64,000 bases of DNA, from contig NC_134471.1 in assembly GCF_964194025.1 (NCBI RefSeq), positions 58,218,001 through 58,282,000 on the forward strand. The letters run 5' to 3'. The notes beneath the pieces are model-generated. The model did not search any database. It worked only from the letters and a program-made list of their open reading frames with translations, and was not told the origin of the DNA. How positions within the stretch are numbered: position 1 is the first letter of the stretch; each line of letters begins with the position of its first letter. This stretch comes from Convolutriloba macropyga. Its lineage: Eukaryota. The position numbers were made by a program, and so were the translations under genes. Below are positions 38,063 to 51,000 of the stretch, piece after piece.

Positions 38063-39919
38063 ACTGTTCGGGAAACTTTTTTGTAAATAGTTTTATCGAA
38101 ATTTTCCTATTCAACTTAGTCACCAAAAACATGAAAAACGTTTGTGTGCTCCGACCAAATTCTGGATGCTCCAAAATTTAACTCGTCCACAAGAAAATGT
38201 TTTTAGCTGAGGAAACTTCACGAAACGTTTACCATAAAGTCGCGGGGCTCGCTCATGTTTGAAAAATTTTTCCAGTAATTGAGATCGAAACTCAAATCGC
38301 CCAAAAACAAAACTGTCTTCTGCTTTAAAATGTTGACTAATAAATATTGAAAGCAGTTATCAAATCAAATACGGAAGCAATATGAAGTTTGGTCGAATAT
38401 CGCCCATGTAACCTACATGCCATCTATTGATAGACATGCCAAAGTGTGGGCGGGGATATAAATTATTGGGGGCCTTGAAACACCATGTTAATAGTGCATT
38501 TGAGAACTCATCAAAAAATGAATTACCTCTAATTACCTGTGAATTACCTTGTAGCAGCTAGCAAACTAAGTCAAGTATAGGTGAAACTGGCGATAGAGAC
38601 CCTGACACAGCTTTTCAGTTTAGTGTCACAAGGCAGATAAAATTGAACACTAAGACAATATCAGTACAGGGCACGTCTTATGGCAATTCTTATCAGTAAT
38701 GTATCAGAGCTATGATCATGTCACTTTTTACACTTGTCAGTTTAAATGCAAGTCTTGGCTAAGACGTGCACGTCTAAACGCATGTCTTAGCCAAGATTTG
38801 GCAGTCAAAAAAACCGTCAGAAATAGCAGGAAAAACGTCAAAGAGCCAGGAGAGGAGAACATATATAGTTTTGTAGTTCTGCATGTTTTGTTGAGGGTGT
38901 GTTGTTAATGCGCCCCCTCAAAGTGGCTAAATTCCGGCTAAAAACGGGCGGCTGAAACGGCCCTTAACTAGCTGAAATGACCAATTTGACTTCCCGGTGT
39001 CCTACAGTATTGTTTGGGATCATTTTGTACCAGTTTCGTATAAATTTTTACCCCGGAAAAGTGTCTGGAAATTAATCTCGAAACCGCGACGCGTTACAAA
39101 AATTTTCGAAATTGGATTTGAGTTGGGAATCAACCTGCACCTGTAATACAAGTCTTGGCAAAGACTTGTCAGACCTGCAGACTTGCAGCAGTCTTGGTAG
39201 ACTTACATTTAGACTGAGCTAGTGCTGATCTTGACTTGCAGTTCAGTCCGTGTTCTCTAATAGAAATTGTCGCAAGACTTTTTTATACACAGTACACGCG
39301 CTTTCGTATAAAATAGTTACGTATTCTTGAAGTTGAGGTTAATAGCTTCAATCACTGCTTTCAAAACATTTTTGGTACACAATTTTAATTTTTTCAAGCG
39401 GTTGGTTGAATTGGTTGCTATATAAATACAGTTGCTTGTGGTTACAAATTTGGCAATATTTAGCATAGCAAACTTCGATTCGGATCTGTACTAATCCCCT
39501 TCACGTTCTTATGCCCATCCGTTTTTAAGCAAATGCCCACTGAACCTGGGGGGAGAGGCAATAGATCCCAAATCAAAGCGCAAATTATTTTGTGTCTTTC
39601 CAATTATACCACACGAAATTACAGCTCCAATCACCTCAATGTAATTGGGAGTGCGCTGTACTTTATCTGAACACTAAACTTGGGGGGGGGGGGGAGGGAG
39701 GGAGGGAGGGGGTCTTTAATGTGAAAGGCCCATTTTCATTTCCCCGGTATAGATTATGGCGATCTATCTTGACCAACTTTTAGGAAATTCTAAAATGGAA
39801 ATTTTAGAGGCTAAAGTTTGAACTCTTGCTTGGTTCTGCAAATTATCAGTGCAAAATATCTGTTTGCGTGGTATAATGGAAATGAAAATGTGATAATGTT
39901 CGCAGCGCGTCACTTTCCT

Positions 39920-41160
39920 TTAAATAACTCCTTTGATGATTACAACACCGATTACTACAGCAACAACGTTCTTCAACGAGATTTTCGCCAATGAATCAGA
40001 GGTGCCAGGCCCACCGGTGCCACCTCCACTTTCACCATCACTTGCTCCAGGCGATCCTCCTGGTGATCCACCAGGCGATCCTCCAGCTGATTCTTCAGGT
40101 TTTGCATTATCTATTTCCTCCTCGTGATCCAACTCTATACTCAAAACTATTAGATAATTTGCCCTGCCCTGCCCACGCCATTGAATAAGACATAACCCCC
40201 GATTTCGCAATAATATTCAGGTTGCTTGGAGTAGTCACAACTCCACCCACATAGCACGGGATATTGGGAAGGGGTTTTAAATAATATACAATTAGGCGGG
40301 GGAGGGGAGGGCAAAAGCACTTAAATGTACGAATGCAAAAACTTTCATTCACAAATAGATGCAATTAATTGCAAAAATCTGCAAATTATAATATTTAAGA
40401 TAGATTTTTATATAAAAATGCAAATTATAATATTTAAGATAGATTTTTATATAAAAATGCAAATTATAATATTTAAGATAGATTTTTATATAAAAATGTC
40501 AAAATCCTATACCCTTACCGTAACATGTCACAAAATCTGGCAATTTTTTGTGCAAGTGTTTGTATTCGCTCTGTGGGAAGATGTAAGTGCCAACATTTTG
40601 GTCGCCTTTGAGCTCATCGTCACTCAGTTTAGTTTTGAACAAGCATATCACGTATGCTTCCTTGTCCGTATTCGGGAGTTTGTGGTATTTGCAGCCTATT
40701 TGATTTGTAGTGAGTGATGTCATCATGACGAAGGGGTTCATAGATGCATGGCTATTTCCTTCTCCTTTAGCACATTGACTTGGCATTTTAGACGTCTCCC
40801 CTGGGTAATGGTAGTAAAATGAATCAAGCATCCAGTTCTCAAAGGCCCTAGTAACGTTTCCACCTGCTTGACAGTCCCAGGCCACAGAATAGTTCTTTAG
40901 TTCAGATTCTACTAATTTATTTTTTGCACTCGAGCTTGATAGCAATTGTTCTTGTTCTTCAGTTTACCTAAGCCTAATTCTTCGTTCAATGTAATATCCT
41001 TCCATTTCTTTTGGGTGCTGAGTATCTCATTCACCTTCTCTTTTATGGTTTCGGTTGCGCTTTTTCCACTTGTTGATTTACTACTGTCATCACAGCCATG
41101 TTCGGGAACAAACACAGTCGCTGTCACAATTATCAACACACAAATTGATTCCTGTCTCAT
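39920..41160 (-). CDS. Probable host gene: secreted CAP/SCP(PR-1)-like protein with Gly/Ser/Pro linker and GPI-anchor-like tail; spliced, two apparent frameshifts
   Basis: Signal-like MRQESICVLIIVTATVFV; AFENW..., PFVMMTSLTTNQIGC...YVICLF resembling CAP motifs; Cys-rich hinge C....YYC..RGLC; (GGSP)3 linker; hydrophobic C-terminus. Probable intron from the GTAAG donor near 40519. Confidence 0.55.
40378..40498. repeat. 39-bp minisatellite x3 in the putative intron
   Basis: tgcaaattataatatttaagatagatttttatataaaaa repeated three times. Confidence 0.9.
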
Positions 41161-42200
41161 TGCTTCAACCTCTTGTTCTAAACGTCTAAACTAATTTACT
41201 TGGCATCTAATGTTTTAACTATGCATTTAGATTGCACTTTTTTTTGCAACAAGTAAATTAAAATTATAACCATACGGTTAAATATACCTGAAACAAAAAA
41301 TAATTCAAATCATTCAAACAAAATAATATAATAAACATCAACAATCTTCTTAAAGAATCACATTTTAAAATTTTCTTTCGATTGTTTTCTTCCTAAAAAT
41401 AAAAATAACTTTTAAAAGCTCCTACGTTACTATTCAAAGGAATTTTTTCATGTTGTGAGAGCAAGAAATCATTCAACGTTTTCTTAAAAACTTTTCCATT
41501 TTTTGCCAACCGAAGCCAATGTGGTAACTTATTCCATTTTTGTACGCATTGACGAACAATCGAATTCATTCCAAAGCTTGTTTCGGCATTTTGTCTAACT
41601 TTGAATTGTTTTGTTCGAGTATTTTGATGAAGACTCAGATACCCGTGAAAATTTTCAGAATTTTCTGGCCTAGCGATATCATAATTGCAAAGGGGGGGGG
41701 GCTATTCGTGAAAAGAATTTCAGCGAGCGATTTGTTGACCAATCGGAGACAAGGAACACGTATGCACATACTATGTTAACATGAATCGAATAAAGTATGG
41801 CAATTAGCCGGATTGAATACAAAGCGGAATGAATTTAAGGCGCGCGGGTCGGTCGGCGCTCTTCGCAGCTTCGCCGCGATAACGGACCCGCGCATTCCGG
41901 ATTACATCCTCCAGCGCAAGAGACATGGCCGTGAAAACCAATCCGCAATTGTGCTTCAACATTCGACTACCTAAATTGTAGGCCAAGAAATATTAAGTAT
42001 AGCAGAAGGGGGCAATTCTCTACTAGGTACCAAGGGAGGGGCGCAACTGTTGGAAAGATCCTTTTTTAGTTGTTCTCATTTAAACCTACCTCCGTCAGGA
42101 AAATAGACGAATATGGTATATTCATACGGTAATTGAAGGCGGGGCGGGGACTGTGATATCTGAACACTAAAAAGGGGGGCTATAATTGTAAAGACCCAAA

Positions 42201-42279
42201 AATTGAGACGTGAAAAACTATCGATTGAGTTGAGTGAAAGTTTCTCTCACCTCAATCGATAGTTTTTCACGTCTCAATT
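42201..42279. repeat. 79-bp near-perfect palindrome (MITE-like or hairpin)
   Basis: A 29-bp perfect arm (aattgagacgtgaaaaactatcgattgag) pairs with 42251-42279; 2 further mismatches and a 1-nt centre. Confidence 0.9.
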
Positions 42280-42447
42280 ATTGATTCATTCATCAAAAAT
42301 TTACTTGTGCTAAAAACTTACCTTTACGGGTGAGTAACTTTTGACACAATGAACTCGCAAACTACAAACTGGCTCAAGATCAAATTTGACTGAGGGAAAA
42401 CTAGCAGCTGAATTTCAGCTCGATTTTCTGATTTATGATATGGCTTG

Positions 42448-42820
42448 CTAGCTCAAAAAAATGAAGAAAGCTGACTTCTGACTTTCATATTTGCGGGTTT
42501 TGGGTTATTTGTTCAGCATTTGACATTTAAGTTCTTCTGATTTTCAGATATGCGGGTTTTGGGTTATTTGTTCAGCATCTGACATTTAATTTCTTCTGAT
42601 TTTCAGATATGCGGGTTTTCTAGCTCAAAAAAATGAAGAAAGCTGACTTCTGACTTTCATATTTGCGGGTTTTGGGTTATTTGTTCAGCATTTGACATTT
42701 AAGTTCTTCTGATTTTCAGATATGCGGGTTTTGGGTTATTTGTTCAGCATCTGACATTTAATTTCTTCTGATTTTCAGATATGCGGGTTTTGGGTATTTG
42801 TTCAGTGTTTGACTTTTAAC
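42448..42820. repeat. Nested tandem repeat (~172-bp duplication containing ~60-bp subunits)
   Basis: ctagctcaaaaaaatgaagaaagctgac at ~42448 and ~42619; tgcgggttttgggttatttgttcagca subunits repeated. Confidence 0.9.
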
Positions 42821-43859
42821 TTTCGACAAAAACAGAACTGACTTGACTTTTGTCATCACGATTGCATTCGGCTTCTTGTTTTTGATTTTGCTTGTTGTTG
42901 AGAAGAGTTGTAATTACAATCCCCCCCCCCCCTCCCAAAAAAAGGAAAAAAATGGTTTGTATTCAAAAATGAACATGAATGTGCTAAATTTGGGTCTTTC
43001 CCATTATAGCCTCTCGTTTTAGAGGTCAAATTCAAACGAATAGAAGTATAGGATATCATCCCGCTTCAACCTGCAACTCGACCTGAGCAATTTAACATCT
43101 GACCTGAACAATTATTGGTTTTTTTTCTTAATGAGCTTTAGCTCAGCTGATAAAAAAGGGATTTTGCTCAGTTTATTCCATCAAATCAAATCAAGAATTC
43201 ACACTCATCAACGCACACCGGCGATGCAAGCGCACGCCGGATCTTTTCCGTTTGTGCCCCCATTACCATAAATGCATCCACCTCCCCTGAGAAGTATTTT
43301 GCGGAGAAGTCCTGAAAACAGTGGTCGAACAAACAGACAACAATCAAAAACTGGACGGTAGTTAAATTTTTCAACTAAATGTCAGAAACAAATTGTGAAC
43401 TCAGGCACGCAAAAGAAGTTAAAAGAAACAAGGAGGCTCGGTAATGAGTGTACGCACATAATGTTCCGAACCCGCTCATCCACATTCATGACACAATTGG
43501 TCACCAAATGATGAAGACATAGAAAACTTTCAAAAACATACACATCGTTTAATAAACAACCAATGAAATAAGATAATGCCACGCTAGAGGGCCAATGAAG
43601 GTTGTTCATAATAGGAGTACTAGAAAGGACAATAATAAAAACCAAACAACAAATATTATTTAAGACCAAAACTCGATGTCTATAATAAAAAAAAACAAAA
43701 TCAAACTCGGATCAGAAAAAAAACAAAACAAAACAATTTAACCTATGCTTCCTTAGAAAAGATATGAGACCTGTCACCACTGCGACTGGTTAACAGGTCG
43801 AAAAAAAGAGCAAATAGGTGTTCGAAAATACTTTTACACTTTAGAGAACACTTTCACAA

Positions 43860-46022
43860 TTATTAATGTCACTAGATCTCACCTGAAACCACTAAAACGT
43901 TCATTTATATCTACATAGGAAGCAATTGAGACATGTCATTATCCAATAATCAATTGCGCAAAATTTCAAAGCGAATGGGATTAACAATTATTGTTATAAT
44001 TTAAAAAGAATCCAAAAGTCTTTTCAAATGTACAAATATATAAAAATCTAAAATTTTATGATATCTCGTAGTCAGATTATTTATAAAGTCAGGAAACAAA
44101 TTTTTGAAATTAAAAATTTTCTAAAGATTAAGCTATAGCTCATTGGAAACGGGTTGTGGCCTGTGTTTACAGGGACCGATCTACAAATCGACCTTGAAGA
44201 TAATTAAAAAAAACGGAAGCTCAAAAACTAAAACTTATTAGAAAACCATTACCTTCAAAAGTTATAACCGACTTAGGATTACAGGAAAAAGCGATGAATT
44301 AAGTTTCAACACCTCAGGGAGACTAAGTCTAAGACTAAGTCACAATCTCACAAAAAACGAATACATAATTAAGACAAAACTTCAAATATTGTTACGACAT
44401 GACACTGTTCAAGGCACTATAATTATCAGATGTTAACTGCAAAAACTTCAAAATTTCAGTTTACTATCATCTTAACATCAACGAGTCTTCCCTATAAAAA
44501 GACTACTCAGACATGACAAAAAGAAACGCAAAAAAAATTGAACAGTATAGAAATCTCGAACACTTTTTATGAAACCAAATTGTCGAAGCAATCAGTGACA
44601 GCGTATAACCAAGCGCAAAAAATGTTTGAATCAACAAAAGTAATTGAGACTTCTAATGAGTGAGATTGAGTAACATGGTGACAAAAAAGGAAAAAAAAAC
44701 TGATGAATTTTTTTTTTTAATTTATATTGAAAGTCAATAAAACAAACAGCTATAAATAGAAGTCTTTAACTAGGTTGAGTTATAAGTCTTGGGGAAGCAA
44801 TTAAGATCTACCGCTATGGGGTATATGGCGCACAACAAGGAAAAGGAAGACAAACATAGGCAAAACAAAAAACCCACAAAGTATTGCGAGATAACTGTGT
44901 CTCCGATCAAAAAAAGGACAAACTATTCAACAAATACAAATATTAGTGTCATTAGATATCATCTGAAACCACTGAAGCGTTCATTTATGTCTACATAGGA
45001 AGCAATTGAGACATTTCAATATCCAATGTTCATTTGCGCAAATTTTCAAAGCAAATGGGATTGACATTTATTGTTATAATTTAAAAAGAATCCAAAAAAC
45101 TTTTGAAATGAACAAATTTATAAAAATGTAATATTTTATGAAATCTCGTAGTCATATTATTAATAAAGCCAGGAAACAAATTTTTGAAGCTAAACATTTC
45201 TAATAATTAAGTTATAGCTCAATGGAAACGGGTTGTGGCCTGTATTTACAGGGACAGATCGACAAATCGACCTTAAAACTAATTGAAAAAAAGGAAACTC
45301 AAGAACTCAAACTTATTAGAAAACAAATATTTTAAAAAATATAATAGCAGAATTAAGATTACAAGAAAAAGCGATGAATAAGGATTCAACACCTCAGGGA
45401 GACAATCGGGCCTGCTAATGATAAGACTAAGTCACAATCTCACAAAAACAAATACATAATTAGGACAAAACTTCAAACATTTTTACGACATGACACTGTT
45501 CAAGGCACTATAATTATCAGATGTTAACTGCAAAAACTCAAAATTTTCAGTTTACTATCATCATAACATCACCGAGTCTTCGCTATAAAAGGACTACTCA
45601 GACATGACAAAAAGAAACGCAAAAAAAATTGAACAGTATAGAAATCTCGAACACTTTTTATGAAACCAAATTGTCGAAGCAATCAGTGACAGCGTATAAC
45701 CAAGCGCAAAAGATGTTTGAATCAACAAAAGTAATTGAGACTTCTAATGAGTGAGATTGAGTAACATGGTGACAAAAAAGGAAAAAAAAACTGATGAATT
45801 TTTTTTTTAATTTATATTGAAAGTCAATAAAACAAACAGCTATAAATTGAAATCTTTAATTAGGTTGAGTTATAAGTCTTGGGGAAGCAATTAACATCTA
45901 TCGCTATGGGTTATATGGCGCACAACAAGGAAAAGGAAGACAAACATAGGCAAAACAAAAAACCCACAAAGTATTGCGAGATAACTGTGTCTCCGCCCAA
46001 AAAGCACAAACTATTCAACAAA
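43860..46022. repeat. ~1080-bp tandem duplication
   Basis: 43862-44940 aligns with 44942-46022 (e.g. ctgaaaccact..cgttcattt; ggcgcacaacaaggaaaaggaagac). Confidence 0.92.
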
Positions 46023-46229
46023 CATAATTAACATATCCAGATACGCCTTTTTCCAAAGATGTGCAATTTCTTTAGAATGCCTTCCCTTGATTGAACTTGT
46101 CAATAATATGATAATGAACTCGTAAAATATGCATATATGACCAAAAAAAAACAAACGCTTTGTACCAAAATAAAAAACTATTAGTTGAATATAAAACCAT
46201 TACCGACATTAATTTATAACTCACAGGAT

Positions 46230-47722
46230 TTCGGTTTCCGCTTGTTTTTACTGGAACTACGACCGAAACTGAAAGAAATGAGATGAAATAGTGGAAAAGA
46301 CCAAGAAGAGTACGCAGGGTTGAACTGTGATACGTTTTCCGGAGGCACGGCGTATATTATTCAAGAGTGTATTCCGAAAAAGGCCGGGCAATCGATTCAA
46401 ATTCCCCTTGATCAACTGTGCCCTCTGGTAAGTCTACCAGGTTGAGTCTAAAAGACTCTATTTTCTCCTCGTGGGCAGCGTTTACAAAACTATCAGGTAT
46501 TTCGACTCCTATTCTCTCATTTTCCACCGTTCTCAGAACTTCAAACAAAGACTGCAGTTGTGGATGCAGTTCAGCAATAACAACTTCGCTTGAATTTTGC
46601 TGACATGCTTTTGAATCCGTGAATAGAACGATTGTTGGGGTTTTCAACCCATCCATGGCCAAAGGGTCTATTCAGACAACTTCTTCATCCCGGTATCTGC
46701 TCACCCTGTAATTGGTGGTTCACTCGAGTATAGTTTATAAAGTTAAAATCGTCTTCACGGGACGTGATTAGATAAGCTGAGTCGTCCAGGTATTCCGCAG
46801 CTGCTTCGTCGTAGAATTTCAACTTCGCGCGGACATGGTCTCAAAACAGACGTCGGTAAGTTGAAAAACAAGCTCGAGAGACATGTTGAGGAGGAGCTTT
46901 GTGCCATAATACAGAGTAACAATCTGGAGCTCCTCTACAATTCGAATTCATCTTTCCTTCGGTAACTTCTGCAAAATTATTGTTATATTCCCGAACCAAC
47001 AAATAACTCTTGTCAAATCTGTACTTGGTTGCTGTCGATCCGTTAGCTATTGGCTGCGGAATAGGTACCGCGCGGTAAACACGATAAAAACCATTCGCAT
47101 GATGAACCGGAATATTAAGCAAAATTTTCAAGCTATTATGAGAAACTATTGTCCATTCAACAAGTTCGAACCCGTAATACGTCATGAGATCATGTCGTGG
47201 AATTGCCTCCTTCAGGGTGTCCAGTTGAAGTCCATCAAAGAACTGCCACAGAACTTCCGGTGGAATCAAAGTAGCAGGAATGTATCCCTGAGCCAGAGAA
47301 CCCAAGGCATCGTCCAGCACGTAGCCAAAATCGGGCAGGATAATTTTGTAGGCAAATAACTCCAATCTTATAGCAGTCATATGATCGCTGAAAATTCGAA
47401 CTCCTGATGTGAAGGCAATGCTCTTTTTAAAAGTTGATGCCCACTCATGACTCCTTCCTCACTGTCCCGATTTTTGGTCACCATAAGCTCCATAAGATAA
47501 CGTTTTCGCTAGTTGCGAAACCGCAACTCTAATAGTGTGAAATTTCGCGTTTGCAAGACCGGGAATTGGCACGGCTACCCACGTCGCCTCGAGTCCACTT
47601 GAAATTATCACTGCCGCTTCAGGAATGAAAACCGCTCCAGCCGTGTTTCTTTCGATCTCTGATTGCACTGTTCCTGCAAGAAAGAGCGACGCAAGGGCCC
47701 TGCACACAACCACCCTTCCCAT
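46230..47722 (-). pseudogene. env: env-like fusion glycoprotein (baculovirus F/errantivirus-like), fragmented
   Basis: Signal-like MGRVVVCRALASLFLAG; LAQGYIPATLIPPEVL; LNIPV...YRVYRAVPIPQPI; Cys-rich segment; located 3' of the integrase. Confidence 0.65.
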
Positions 47723-48004
47723 TATGAAGGATTGTATCTAAATAAGTGTCAATATTATTTCAATGAACACTATTATGAACCTAGATCTTTAATCGAGATC
47801 AATAATTTGCCCAATATACAAAAAGTATTTTTTCAACGATTGGATTTAATTTTTGCTGGGAGGAGCAACCCCAAAAAAATTCCTAAAATCTTTCAATAGT
47901 ATCAAAATAAAACGTTTATTCGTCAATCCAGAGTTGGATCACGGGCTTAATATCTCAGGCGAATCTTTAGCTTGGATCACCGGTTGTTTTTCCACGTCAA
48001 GTTC

Positions 48005-51000
48005 TTAGTCGTTACTATCAGATATTGGACTTTCATCGTTGCTCTTGTTTGATTCCCTTAGATCACTACCTTGTCCAGTGTTTGTATCAGCTGACATGTC
48101 TACATTCACCGCCACATTGCAGGAGTTAGAGTCTTGTTCGGCCTCAACTAACGGGACGGAGGGCTCATTTGATCTCGCATCACGTGATCGGACTGGTGCC
48201 GCAGCAATATTACGTCTGCGCTGTTGCCTTTCATGGAGCGTGTTTTCGGCATTCCTCAAGACCACCCCATCATCATCTTCTTCAACTTGATCGTCAGGGA
48301 ATTTATTGAAGAAATCTTGCGAAGAAATCCGGTGTAGGTCTCTTGTTCTTACCACTTGCGTCACCTGTTTGCTCCTCATTATATGGGTTCAGCAAACTGA
48401 AATGAACTATCCTCGTTTTTCTCGGTTTTCCTTTTTTGTGAATCATGTAGTTGACTTCAGAAGTCGTTTCCTGGATAATGTGAGTGCCTTCGTAGTAAAC
48501 AATGAAATTTTTTGATTTGGCCTTTTGCTTCGAGTAAAGCCAAACTTTTGACGGTTCGTATGGTTCGCCATAAAGCTTTTGCTTTAGTTTCCTACCCGTT
48601 GTCGTCCTTGCAGCGCATGGAAGACACCACAATAACCCTTTTTCTATATCCAATCTCATTGACGGCCACCAGAACCTCTGTTTGACTCGGTTGAGTGTTT
48701 TTTCGAACGCAAAATGACCCACTAACGGGAGAGTCATGTAGTTGCTCTAAAATATAATTACTGCCACTTGCTGGAACATTCAATTGTAGAACTGGCTCCT
48801 CCGAGGAAACGCTCGCTTTCGTGAATCACTTACGATACAGCATTCCGTTCCAAATTTCCCTGAGGGTGATATGGAGTTGGCATGCTTCGATCCAGTACAG
48901 AGGACTACCTGAAAACTATATTCCTGTACGAATTGACACATTCGGAACGTCATTCCCGTTGCATCATCGTCCATGTCTTGCTGAAGAGCCAGCGAAGGCT
49001 AGCATGATCAGTTTGAATGATGAAATGCAGTCCCCATATGTAATTTTTATACCACTTCAACTCTTGGATCACTGCAAAAGCCTCGCGTATGGTTGCGTTT
49101 CATTTCTCTTTTTGTGAGGACCATACTTGAGTAAACAATTAGCTGCTCCACGCAATCAACAACATTAGAGATCACTGCTCCTCAACTCACTTTGCTAGCA
49201 TCTTTATCAATGATGAAGGGGCAATCAAAAAGAAGAAACTGCATCACTTGCGCGATAGCAAGTTCGACTCGAAGTCAATCAAATGATAATCGGCAGTCGG
49301 AATTCCTTTTTTTCCTTCTTTGTAAATGATGTAGTTGACTTCTGAAGTCCTTTCCTGGATCATGTAAGGACCGTCGTAGGGAACAAAGAACTTCTTTGAT
49401 TTGTCCTTTTGCTTCGAGTAAAGCCAAACTTCTGCAATTTCGTAGGGTTCGCCATAAACCTTTTGAGGTAAAGGTCCTTCTGTAACTGCTGGTTTACTCC
49501 TAATTGATCCCTGGCGTTACCATAAGCTTCAAGAAACTGTGCCTCGAGCCACTCGATAAACTCTCTCTGGCTGAGTTCTGCATCATGGGGTTTTGGATAA
49601 AACAAGTCAATTGGATACTGGCATTCTTGTCCAAACACTAGACTAAACGGCGTCACTTGTGTGGTCCTATGAACGGTTGTGTTGTAAACAAATTCTACGA
49701 AGCGTAACATCTCGACCCAGTTCCAAGGATTACCAGCACAAGACTTGGATATGACATCTCCCAAAACTCTACTGTGCCTTTCAGATTGGTCATTTCCCTG
49801 AGGGTGATACGGAGACGTACGCGTTTTGTCAATCTTCAGTAATTTGCACATGTCGAGGATTAAATGACTGCCAAATTTCTTTCCTTGATCTGTGTGCAAA
49901 ACATCTGGAACCCCGAATTTTAGAACCCACTTCTCAACAATTGCTCGGGCGAAATCATCTGACTCCGTACTCACGACAAGTGTGCTTAAAACGAACTTTG
50001 TAAACATATCAGTTACAACTGGAATATGTTTTGACTTTGAAGCTTTGGCCATCGTTACTGGTCACAGAATATCGGCTGCTTCCGTATGAAATCGAATTCC
50101 AACTTTAAACGACTGGAGGACGGCAACAAGTTTCCTACCCGTTGTCGTCCTTGCAGCGCAAGGAAGCCACCTAATAACCGTTTTTCTATATCCAATCTCA
50201 TTGACGACCACCAGAACCTCTGTTTGACTCGGTTGAGTGTTGTTTCGAACGCAAAATGACCCACTAACGGGAGAGTCATCTATTTGCTCTAATATCTAAT
50301 TACGGCCACCTGCTGGAACAATCAATTGTAGAACTGGCTCCTCCGAAGAAATGCTCTCGTTCTTTAACCACTTACGATATAGTATTCCGTTCCTAATTGA
50401 CAGTTCATTCCATCTTTCCCATAGTGCCATTACTTCTTGCCCGTTTTGAGCAGCTTCATCTTTGGCTGTCAGGTTGGTTCCAAGTTTAGACAGTTTTCGT
50501 TCTCGTCTAAAATTGCCTAAAAGAGAATGCGGCTGATCGCCTTATCTTATCATTGCATCAACCTCACGTCCGATTCACCGCGAGTCCGAGTTGTTGAGTC
50601 CTGTTCTTCATCGTTTTCTAGCAGTTGGTCATCTTCTAGATCCACTGTTCCGTTATGCTGACCCTCAACTGTAAGCCGTAGATGATCAGTTGTTTTGCAA
50701 ATTGCTGTGTCTACATCCACAGCCTCGGGACAATTTCCTGTCAGTTCTTCTCTTTCCCCGGGTTCCCACTCCGGATTCTCTTCTTTGCGCCTTGTGAGAC
50801 CGTCAGCGTTGGCATGCTTCAATCCAGCACGGTGGACTACTTGGAAATTATTTTCTTGTAGGAATTGACACATTCGGAACTTCATTCCCGTCGCATCATC
50901 GTCATTGTCTTGCCTGAAGAGCCAGCGATGGCTAGCATGATCAGTTCGAATGATGAGAATCAGTCCCTATATGTAGTTTTTATACCACTTCAACGCTTGG

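Noticed and set aside
43860-46022. LTR pair of the Gypsy element
   Set aside because: The units are adjacent, lack TG...CA ends and do not match the sequence next to the PBS-like site.
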